Below the pieces are notes generated by a model. The model was given only the letters and a program-made list of their open reading frames with translations, was not told the origin of the DNA and ran no database searches. DNA of 57,987 bases from a virus. Lineage: Duplodnaviria > Caudoviricetes. The first letter of the stretch is position 1. The number at the start of each line of letters is the position of its first letter. Below, one piece after another: positions 39,062 to 46,558 of this stretch. The stretch is from the IMG/VR virus record IMGVR_UViG_3300043411_001582, positions 1 through 57,987 of that record, one strand, 5' to 3'. Both the position numbers and the translations under genes were made by a program.

Positions 39062-39531
39062 AGGTGCACGAATTATTTGAAGCTGAAGAAAGAAGTGTTC
39101 TTTCGGTAATGGGAAAGCAAAAAGAACATTACATTGGTGAATACTCTTGTTCTAGGCGTTTTCTAACCTCATTAAAAGGTGCACCAACATCAATAGACGG
39201 TAAATTCTATTGTATGGATAATAAGATTACTTCCCTAGAAGGTGCACCGTCTTCAATAGAAGGTAATTTCTATTGTACAAAAAACAAGCTTACTTCTTTA
39301 CACAATATCCACAAGCACATTAAACATATTCGAGCCTTTGCGGGTTTTGGCAATAACCCGATTACTTCCCATGTCCTTGGTCTACTTCTAATAGATGGTC
39401 TTAAGGGAGTTTATCTTGATAATAACGAAGTAACAGACATTATATGTAAGCACTTACAAGGCGATCGAGATGTATTTGCCTGTCAAGAAGAATTGATTAA
39501 TGCTGGATATGAGGACTTTGCTCAATTATGA
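39058..39531 (+). CDS. LRR family paralogue 11
   Basis: MKVHELFE leader, 3 LRRs, C-cap. Confidence 0.85.
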   Translation: MKVHELFEAEERSVLSVMGKQKEHYIGEYSCSRRFLTSLKGAPTSIDGKFYCMDNKITSLEGAPSSIEGNFYCTKNKLTSLHNIHKHIKHIRAFAGFGNNPITSHVLGLLLIDGLKGVYLDNNEVTDIICKHLQGDRDVFACQEELINAGYEDFAQL

Positions 39532-40014
39532 AAGTACACGAATTATTCGAACAAGAAGAAAGATCTGTTCTTTCTGTAATGGGCAAGCAACCAGAACTAA
39601 AAACTTCATCTTTCTTTTGTAATAACAAAGCCCTAACCTCTTTAAATGGATCACCTTCTACAGTCGCGGGTGATTTTGAATGTTTTAACAATGAGCTCAC
39701 TTCATTAGAAGGTATTGCATCTCATATAAGTGGTAACCTAACATGTTATAATAACGCATATCTTACATCTTTACATAACATCCATAAACAAATTAAACAT
39801 ATCGGACGAGAGGCTAATTTTTTGGAATTGTCCAATTACTTCACATGTGCTTGGATTACTTCTGATTGATGGACTTAAGGCAGCTTTTTTCTCTCAAGGG
39901 TGGAATGACGAGCTTCAAACAATTATTAACAAACACTTAGCCGGCGAACGTGACGTCTTTGCTTGTCAAGAAGAATTAATCGAAAATGGTCTAGAGGACT
40001 TTGCTCAATTGTAA
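39528..40014 (+). pseudogene. LRR family paralogue 12, frameshifted at a T6 run (39818-39823)
   Basis: removing one T restores ANFWNCPITSHVLGLLLIDG...RDVFACQEELIENGLEDFAQL-stop. Confidence 0.85.
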
Positions 40015-40031
40015 CGGTTACGCTTTCATTG

Positions 40032-40078
40032 TTTACATTCTTTTAGGATTAGAGTAGAATCAGCTCTAATCCTAAAAG
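40032..40078 (+). promoter_or_regulatory. T4-like early promoter (GTTTACA-17-TAGAAT) embedded in a 15-bp inverted repeat
   Basis: CTTTTAGGATTAGAG-tagaatcag-CTCTAATCCTAAAAG. Confidence 0.7.
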
Positions 40079-40087
40079 GGCTTTAGC

Positions 40088-40537
40088 ATGGAACTCCAAG
40101 TACATATTAGAAAAGGTAAGAGGCAAAGCCTTGTTAGGAACATGGTCATGTTCTACATGCACCATTTGAAAATTCAAAATAGCAGATTCAGCTTAACAGT
40201 AGTTTCTCAAATCAACTTGCAAAAAGATACTGGTGGGTGGGGTCGTACTACTCACACAGATACAGATATTGTAATGTGTATAGACGCACGTTTAAATATG
40301 CAAACGTTAATGACCACCTTGGCACACGAGATGGTTCATGTCAAACAGATTGCTACAGGACTTTTAAAGTTAGACATGATACGTAATAAACCTGTAACGA
40401 TCTGGAAAGGCAAAGTTCACAAAGAGGTAGATTATCTAGATCAACCTTGGGAAATCCTGGCCTTTTCGAAACAAGAGATCATGACACAAAGACTTTACAA
40501 TTTTATGATAAAAATTGCATTTGACTTCACAAAGTGA
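40088..40537 (+). CDS. HExxH zinc metallopeptidase-like protein
   Basis: TLAHEMVHVKQ and Y..QPWEI.A. Confidence 0.75.
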   Translation: MELQVHIRKGKRQSLVRNMVMFYMHHLKIQNSRFSLTVVSQINLQKDTGGWGRTTHTDTDIVMCIDARLNMQTLMTTLAHEMVHVKQIATGLLKLDMIRNKPVTIWKGKVHKEVDYLDQPWEILAFSKQEIMTQRLYNFMIKIAFDFTK

Positions 40538-40566
40538 TGTACATTTCCTAGGTTCTAGAGTATAAT
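40538..40566 (+). promoter_or_regulatory. early promoter TGTACA-17-TATAAT
   Basis: consensus -10, 17-nt spacer, upstream of a small-ORF cluster. Confidence 0.7.
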
Positions 40567-40596
40567 TACTTATCGGAAACAAAACAGGACTTTAAT

Positions 40597-41019
40597 ATGT
40601 TTTATGTTCTTTTTAAAGACAATGTTGTAGTAGGTACCACTCAAATGTACCCAACTACAGAATGTCCTATTGATTTTAATCGTGTTGAAACATCTATTGA
40701 TTGGGCATCATTTGATCAAGTTACAGCGATTGCAGCAAAACTTACTGAATTGACTGGTAAAACTTATCTGCCAACAGATAGTGGCCATGGACATTACCGA
40801 TTTGGGATGACTCAAGCACCAATGATTGGCGATGAAGTTTCTTATACTTTTAACGGTGACTACTATCCATGCGGTAAGGTTGAAAAGATTTCTAAGACCT
40901 ATCTGATTACAGTTTCTGGTGGCAAAGTCTTTCGTTGGCATCAAAAAACTTCTAGCTGGCTTCATCATGGCTGGACTCTTATTAAAGGTCATCGTTCAGA
41001 ACAAAATCCTTCTTTCTAA
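40597..41019 (+). CDS. hypothetical protein
   Basis: ORF with CAGGA SD. Confidence 0.65.
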   Translation: MFYVLFKDNVVVGTTQMYPTTECPIDFNRVETSIDWASFDQVTAIAAKLTELTGKTYLPTDSGHGHYRFGMTQAPMIGDEVSYTFNGDYYPCGKVEKISKTYLITVSGGKVFRWHQKTSSWLHHGWTLIKGHRSEQNPSF

Positions 41020-41030
41020 GAAAGCCTATC

Positions 41031-41255
41031 ATGAAATTCGAACATCGCGTTTATTTTCAAGAACATGATAGGGATGTTCAAGATCCTATCGTTTCAATTG
41101 ATGTTCCATTTGTTCCAAGAAAATCTGATATACTGATTGTCAAAGGGCAAAATTATCGTGTTCTGGATATCGAAATTGAGTATGGGCCACGTTCCGTGTA
41201 TGCAGTTAACTTATCAGTCACTATCACCATCCGACTTGAAAAGACCATGAAATGA
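41031..41255 (+). CDS. hypothetical protein
   Basis: 74-aa ORF in operon. Confidence 0.55.
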   Translation: MKFEHRVYFQEHDRDVQDPIVSIDVPFVPRKSDILIVKGQNYRVLDIEIEYGPRSVYAVNLSVTITIRLEKTMK

Positions 41256-41332
41256 TTTTCTACGCACTCTATCTGTTTGTTACTTTTATTATTTTTTATT
41301 TTTATCTAACTAAAGGTGATTATGATGTCTAA
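41252..41332 (+). CDS. 26-aa hydrophobic micropeptide (not in ORF track)
   Basis: ATGA overlap with upstream stop; MIFYALYLFVTFIIFYFYLTKGDYDV. Confidence 0.45.
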   Translation: MIFYALYLFVTFIIFYFYLTKGDYDV

Positions 41333-41654
41333 GTTTCAAAAAGAAAAAGAAATCATTCAAGCTGCAATTATGCAGGCTGCTCAGGCTGCAAAAAACTTAG
41401 TTGATGAAAATCCAAATGTTTGGTATCCTTGTGGTATGGCCGGGATAAAGATTAAGCCTGCACGAGGCAGATTTGTAAGTGCTTTGAAAGAGCTTGAGTT
41501 AGGTTGGACTAGCGAAGAAGGCGGATATGTTGTATCAAATCCTAGTATGGCCTGCACCCAATGGATGCCTGCTCAGGAACTTGGTGCCGAAGTATTTGCG
41601 GATCTTCTTAAGGAACACGGCGTTGGTTGTAGAGTTTATACTAGGATTGATTAA
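41322..41654 (+). CDS. hypothetical protein
   Basis: ORF with AAAGGTG SD; WYPCG.A motif; exact start uncertain (41322 or 41325). Confidence 0.6.
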   Translation: MMSKFQKEKEIIQAAIMQAAQAAKNLVDENPNVWYPCGMAGIKIKPARGRFVSALKELELGWTSEEGGYVVSNPSMACTQWMPAQELGAEVFADLLKEHGVGCRVYTRID

Positions 41655-41656
41655 GA

Positions 41657-42265
41657 ATGTTCTCAATGACAAAAATTAATTTTGAAGAGTTCCTCGAGGG
41701 ATTTAAACTCGGGCGACTCTGGTACGATATGGAGAAGACCGTTGAGGGGAGTAAATGGCACAAGGAGCCGAATGTTTCCTGCCATACTCAAATGCTGATT
41801 GATTGGTACTATAATAACCTTTTTGATCTCCGTACAGAACATCAGCGGATGCTTTCTCTTGTAGCTTCTACATTTCATGATGTGGGAAAGCCTAGAGCTA
41901 TGATCATGAAGTTCTCAGAAGAACGAGGACATTATAAAGCCTTTCATGGGCATGAGCAGATTTCGGCCAGACTTTGGATTGACTATGCTTATTCAAATCC
42001 TGAAATTGTAAAAGATCTTCTCAACCTTGGAATTTACGATGTGCATAACATCGCACAGATGATAGAATATCATTTGCCATTCGAATTGAAGAATAAAGAA
42101 AAACGTAAGGCCTTGAAGACATCGTTTTTGAATCGATGCGGGGCTGCGAATCATCAAGCCTGGCTTGATTTTATTCTGAGTGATCAGAACGGTAGGATCG
42201 CCGAAGATCAAGTTACAAAGCTTGCTAAGGTTGATGTTTGGATTAAAGAATGGGAAACCGTATGA
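41657..42265 (+). CDS. HD-domain phosphohydrolase
   Basis: WH.E..V..HT, FHDVGK, FHGHEQISA, H, SD..GR. Confidence 0.85.
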   Translation: MFSMTKINFEEFLEGFKLGRLWYDMEKTVEGSKWHKEPNVSCHTQMLIDWYYNNLFDLRTEHQRMLSLVASTFHDVGKPRAMIMKFSEERGHYKAFHGHEQISARLWIDYAYSNPEIVKDLLNLGIYDVHNIAQMIEYHLPFELKNKEKRKALKTSFLNRCGAANHQAWLDFILSDQNGRIAEDQVTKLAKVDVWIKEWETV

Positions 42266-42483
42266 GAGACTTTTTTAAAAATCCTTTGATTGGGGAAGCA
42301 CTGCTCGTTTCGGCAATACTTCTAATTCTAGTCTTAGGAGTTTTCTTTGGACAAATGAGAACTTCCAGGGTCGATTATAAAGACTGTGAAAATAATGGTG
42401 GAAAACTTGTAAAAGGTCTAAACTATACAGTGGTTTGCATTAAATCAGAAGCGATCATTCAACTTTCAGGTCAATCAAAATGA
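42262..42483 (+). CDS. small membrane-anchored protein
   Basis: N-terminal hydrophobic helix, C...GG........C; ATGA overlaps at both ends. Confidence 0.55.
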   Translation: MRDFFKNPLIGEALLVSAILLILVLGVFFGQMRTSRVDYKDCENNGGKLVKGLNYTVVCIKSEAIIQLSGQSK

Positions 42484-43013
42484 AAACTGCATTTATTCTC
42501 TCAGGTGTTCCTGGGGCTGGTAAGTCGACTTTTATTCCTCGAATCAAAGAGATTAATAAGTTGGCAGCCACTTCGGATATTGCGACCTTCTCGCTTGATA
42601 CTTGTCGCCTTGCCTTTTTCGATCGGCAATTTCGCGACAAAGAAATGAATGCCGCCTTTTATAAAGCAGCATTTGATAATGCTAATGAAAATAAAGTCAA
42701 GTTCGATGCTTTTGTAATCTCGCAATGGAAACGTTTTCTTGAACGTGATTTCGTAGTTGTAGATAACACAAACTTGACACGTAAGCCTCGTGCTCGTTGG
42801 ATCAATGATCTTCGTGCTAAAGGCTTCACTATTGTCGGTGTTCAAGTTAATGTACCATTGCAAGTTGCACTTGATCGACAGGCAACTCGTGGCGATAAAT
42901 CGGTCCCATTGAAAATTGTTGAGGACATGTATATGCAACAACAAGAATTTTTGCTTGGGTCTGAAGTTGATTATGTAATGTATGTTGATGGCGTTACTGG
43001 GTCAGTGACTTAA
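42480..43013 (+). CDS. polynucleotide kinase-like P-loop kinase (AAA_33)
   Basis: GVPGAGKST, SLD..R, VVDNTN....R, R...R.DKSVP. Confidence 0.85.
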   Translation: MKTAFILSGVPGAGKSTFIPRIKEINKLAATSDIATFSLDTCRLAFFDRQFRDKEMNAAFYKAAFDNANENKVKFDAFVISQWKRFLERDFVVVDNTNLTRKPRARWINDLRAKGFTIVGVQVNVPLQVALDRQATRGDKSVPLKIVEDMYMQQQEFLLGSEVDYVMYVDGVTGSVT

Positions 43014-43030
43014 CTTATTTGGGATTGTTT

Positions 43031-43252
43031 ATGACACTCGAAGAATTTGCTAAGAAGGCCGGTGTTTCGGTTTTCAAATGCGATCCAGATTGGGGAGGGA
43101 GCATTGGTTATAAATGCTTGGATTATCCTAATTCACGTGTTTGCGGTTTTAGATCTGAAGCTGCCGCCTACAAAAGCTGGCTCGAAGATTCATTTGGCAC
43201 AAATACTGCAAAGGCGGTGATGACACTATTAAAACAAACCAAGTCCGTTTAA
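43031..43252 (+). CDS. hypothetical protein
   Basis: ATG after GGGA SD. Confidence 0.55.
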   Translation: MTLEEFAKKAGVSVFKCDPDWGGSIGYKCLDYPNSRVCGFRSEAAAYKSWLEDSFGTNTAKAVMTLLKQTKSV

Positions 43253-43268
43253 CTTCATCCACAAAAGA

Positions 43269-43406
43269 ACTTGCACAAGTATCCTAATCTTAGGATGCGA
43301 AGATCAAAAATCTTGTTACAATAACCATATCGACATGAAAATTGTCGATAGAAATTTCAGCTTATACTGAAATTCTCTATAAATAGACTGTCACGAAAGA
43401 GTGACA
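43269..43406 (+). other. chain of tandem stem-loops upstream of the SSB gene, including late promoter TATAAATA 43378-43385
   Basis: inverted repeats at 43269-80, 43281-96, 43300-14, 43328-50, 43353-74, 43389-406. Confidence 0.65.
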
Positions 43407-43445
43407 AACTTTATTATTTTTAATCTTTGAAAAGGAAATTTTATT

Positions 43446-44324
43446 ATGACAAAACGTACACTTGCTGCTTTGGCCGAGCAATTCAAACAAAAGACCTCTG
43501 ATACGAATGACGCGGCGGATTGGAGAAGGTTTTTTCCATTTTGGAAAGCAGAAATGGACACCGTCTCGGTAGTTCGTTTCCTCCCTGATGCTGATGAAGA
43601 AAATCCTATGGGATTCCTTGTTGAGAACCATTCTCACGAACTTACCGTTAATGGTAAGCGTGAAAAGGTCCCTTGTCTTAAGATGTATGGCGAAGAATGC
43701 CCTGTCTGCCAGCTCTCACAAAAATACTACGACGAAAAATCTCCTGACCATAACGAAACGCTTGGCAAGAAATACTATCGCAAGAAATCCTATATCGGAC
43801 AAGTTCTGGTGATGGAAACTTCTATTCCACATGATCAAGAACAATTGGTTAAGCTTATTGACTTTGGACCAGCGGTCTTCAAAGCTATTCAAGCTGCATT
43901 CCAATCTGGTGATCTTGAGGAAGCTCCTTCTGAATTGAAAGGTGGATACAATTTCCGGATCAAGAAAACCAAGTCTGGTGAATATGCTTCTTACACAACT
44001 TCGAGCTTTGCACCTAAAGCTTCTGATGTTGGTGATGATGTCATTGAGCAACTTAACCTGTATGATTTGAAAGAGTATCGTACTGCAAAAATGTCTCGTG
44101 ATGTTCTTGAAGCTATGTTGATGGCCGATCAAACTGGTGCACAATTTGGTAATGCACCTAAAGCTGCACAAGAGGCTCCTAAGGCTGCTGCAAAGGCACC
44201 TGAAGCGCCAGCCGAGCAATCTGCTCCTTCAGCTGATGCTCCACCTCCTGCAGAAAAGAAGATGTCTGTAGTTGAAGCTCTCCGTGCACGCGCTGCGGCT
44301 GCAAAGGCTGCGCAGTCGGATTAA
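43446..44324 (+). CDS. gp32: single-stranded DNA-binding protein (gp32-like)
   Basis: VRFLP, H..., C....GEECPVC Zn site, GYNFRIKK...YASY..S.F. Confidence 0.85.
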   Translation: MTKRTLAALAEQFKQKTSDTNDAADWRRFFPFWKAEMDTVSVVRFLPDADEENPMGFLVENHSHELTVNGKREKVPCLKMYGEECPVCQLSQKYYDEKSPDHNETLGKKYYRKKSYIGQVLVMETSIPHDQEQLVKLIDFGPAVFKAIQAAFQSGDLEEAPSELKGGYNFRIKKTKSGEYASYTTSSFAPKASDVGDDVIEQLNLYDLKEYRTAKMSRDVLEAMLMADQTGAQFGNAPKAAQEAPKAAAKAPEAPAEQSAPSADAPPPAEKKMSVVEALRARAAAAKAAQSD

Positions 44325-44343
44325 TGTAAGAGAAAATTGAGAG

Positions 44344-44370
44344 ATGTACCTACCATAAAGGTAGGTACAT
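44344..44370 (+). promoter_or_regulatory. 11-bp hairpin covering the probable SD of the downstream endonuclease
   Basis: ATGTACCTACC-ataaa-GGTAGGTACAT, 6 nt before ATG 44377. Confidence 0.65.
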
Positions 44371-44376
44371 AAAATC

Positions 44377-45264
44377 ATGTCCTCAAAAGATATTTGTCTA
44401 GCTAAGTTCAAGGAGCTAAATGGGGCTAGGGTAGATGCTGAACACGTCATTTGGCTAAAATCTAACCTGATAAAGGTAGCTGTTAGATTTATTTTTTCTT
44501 TGCCAGAATATACCGAATTGAGAAAAGAATTAAATGACATTTTACAGAATGGGGCTAAAAGCCGATCTGAAGCTGTTTATCTTTTTACAATAGGAAAAAT
44601 AGAACCGTTACGATGTGCTTGTGGCAAGTTTAGAAGTTTTTCAATTGGCGGTAAGGATAATTATCCAAAGGTACTTTGTCCTAGTTGTGCTAATAAACAA
44701 GCCGTTTTAAATGGTATTGCTACAAAAAATAAAATAGGTGAGGATGGATTAACATCTCATTCTCGGGCTGCGTTTAAAGCCTCAAAGACTAAAAAAGCTA
44801 CTATTCACGAAAACGGATTAAACACAATCCAACAAATTCAAGCAAAGTGTGCCGATAAGAAAGCAATGGCTATGAGTAGGTTTATGGCCGAACTTCAAGC
44901 TAAATGCTCTACTAATGATATGTCTGATGCGGCTTTGTATGTTGTTTTTGATCCGGCAATCGATGCTTATAAAATTGGGCGAAGCAAAGACCCTGGGCGC
45001 CGCGTATGCGATATGATGAAACAAATAAAAAGGCCGCTTTCATTAGCCTATATCGGCCAAGGCAAACTTTGTGACATCGCTAAAATTGAACTTCAGCTGC
45101 ATGAATATTTTGAAGAAGATAATGTATTACAACCCAAAGGGTTTCCAGGGAGAACAGAATGGTTCTCATCTAAAATCAAAGATGAGTTGGCACTGATTTT
45201 AGAAGACTTAACTTTAACGACTTTATTTTTTAAAGGAAAATTTTATGGCACTAGCATTTCTTAA
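44377..45264 (+). CDS. GIY-YIG (T5orf172-like) homing endonuclease
   Basis: LYVV...YKIGRS.DP..R, E..LH..F, GRTEWF. Confidence 0.8.
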   Translation: MSSKDICLAKFKELNGARVDAEHVIWLKSNLIKVAVRFIFSLPEYTELRKELNDILQNGAKSRSEAVYLFTIGKIEPLRCACGKFRSFSIGGKDNYPKVLCPSCANKQAVLNGIATKNKIGEDGLTSHSRAAFKASKTKKATIHENGLNTIQQIQAKCADKKAMAMSRFMAELQAKCSTNDMSDAALYVVFDPAIDAYKIGRSKDPGRRVCDMMKQIKRPLSLAYIGQGKLCDIAKIELQLHEYFEEDNVLQPKGFPGRTEWFSSKIKDELALILEDLTLTTLFFKGKFYGTSIS

Positions 45265-46300
45265 AACTTTCAGAAAGGACCTTGAAAAGGCCACTGATAT
45301 AATTACATCATTTGAACCTCCTACATTTTGGTATTCTACTGGCAATTATGCAGTAAACAAAATTGTATCAGGATCATATTTCAAAGGCATCCCACAGGGT
45401 CGTATCACTTGTGTGGCCGGACCTTCGCAAAGTGGAAAATCCTATGAATTGTGCAACATTCTAAAAAATGCTCAGGATGAAGGTGCTTTTGTTTTGGCAT
45501 TAGATTCTGAGAGCGCTTTGGATCGGGCATATATGAGCAAGATCGGTATGAAGCTAGATCCTGATAACTTCCAATATGCCGGTGTTTCGAAATTCTCAGA
45601 TTGCGTTAGTGTCATTTCTGACTTCATTAAAGCCTATGTTAAGGAATATGGGAATGATAAACTCGATTCGCCAAAAGTGATTATTGCTCTAGATTCGCTT
45701 GATATGTTATTGACTGATTCTGAAGAAGCTCATTTTAATTCTGGGGAACAGAAAGGTGATCAAGGTCAGCGCGCCAAACAAGCGAAGCACATGCTTCGCA
45801 CCATTGTGTCACGAATCAAACGTCTCCCAATTGCCTTTGTTGTCACACATCAAGTATATCCAAATTCAGAGCTCACTAATGGGCAAGGGATGTGGATCAT
45901 CAACAATGCCATTAAGTATTCTGCATCTCAAATCTTTCTGATTACTGCAACTAAGCTGAAAGAAGGAACAGATATTAAAGGTATGAAGATGAAGATTGAA
46001 TCTTACAAGAGTCGATTCTCACAACCTGGACGTAAAGTTGAAGTCGAGGTTCCATATACTGCCGGCATGAATAAATTCTCAGGCTTTCTTGAGTTGATGG
46101 AAGAGCTCGGAGTTGTACAATCAGCCGGCGCTTGGAAGAAGCTCCAGTTGCCAAATCAAGAGGTAATTAGTTTCCAAACTAAAAATCTTGACGAGGAACT
46201 CTTCAAAAAGATTATGTCTCACCCATTGGTCTCTAAAGAGGAACAAGAAATTGCTGCTCTTCTTGACAATGACGTTGAAACCTTAGACTCTCAATCCTAA
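45245..46300 (+). CDS. uvsX: RecA-like recombinase
   Basis: STG..A.N...SG, G.P.GRI...AGPSQSGKS, DSE, IALDSL, GDQGQRAK, KSRF. Confidence 0.92.
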   Translation: MALAFLKTFRKDLEKATDIITSFEPPTFWYSTGNYAVNKIVSGSYFKGIPQGRITCVAGPSQSGKSYELCNILKNAQDEGAFVLALDSESALDRAYMSKIGMKLDPDNFQYAGVSKFSDCVSVISDFIKAYVKEYGNDKLDSPKVIIALDSLDMLLTDSEEAHFNSGEQKGDQGQRAKQAKHMLRTIVSRIKRLPIAFVVTHQVYPNSELTNGQGMWIINNAIKYSASQIFLITATKLKEGTDIKGMKMKIESYKSRFSQPGRKVEVEVPYTAGMNKFSGFLELMEELGVVQSAGAWKKLQLPNQEVISFQTKNLDEELFKKIMSHPLVSKEEQEIAALLDNDVETLDSQS

Positions 46301-46304
46301 TCCT

Positions 46305-46337
46305 ATTATACTACCTAACCAAAAAAGGTAGTATAAT
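46305..46337. promoter_or_regulatory. 12-bp inverted repeat carrying TATAAT in each arm
   Basis: ATTATACTACCT-N9-AGGTAGTATAAT right after the uvsX stop. Confidence 0.55.
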
Positions 46338-46365
46338 GCTCTATCTCTTATAAAGGAATTTTATC

Positions 46366-46545
46366 ATGCAAAATGCAACTATTACTATCCAAATGGTCAA
46401 AGGCGGTTATGTAGTCGAAACAGTCGCTGAAGATACAAATACTGAAGTCTTTACTTCTACTGCAAAGATGTTTCGCGCCGTTCGTGCTGCTGTTGACGAG
46501 TTCACCTTGGTTCCTAAGAAATCAGCAGATAAAGACGAAGATTGA
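46366..46545 (+). CDS. 59-aa hypothetical protein (not in ORF track)
   Basis: AAAGGA SD; MQNATITIQMVKGGYVVETVAED...KDED-stop. Confidence 0.7.
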   Translation: MQNATITIQMVKGGYVVETVAEDTNTEVFTSTAKMFRAVRAAVDEFTLVPKKSADKDED

Positions 46546-46558
46546 ATGGATTTTTGAG

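Noticed and set aside
38121-40014. Integron cassette array
   Set aside because: No integrase, no attC-like palindromes, and the genes overlap with no intergenic space
46484-46558. N-terminal extension of the 46484 ORF as given in the track
   Set aside because: Overlaps a better-supported 59-aa ORF (46366-46545) with a strong SD; ATG 46559 is the more plausible start
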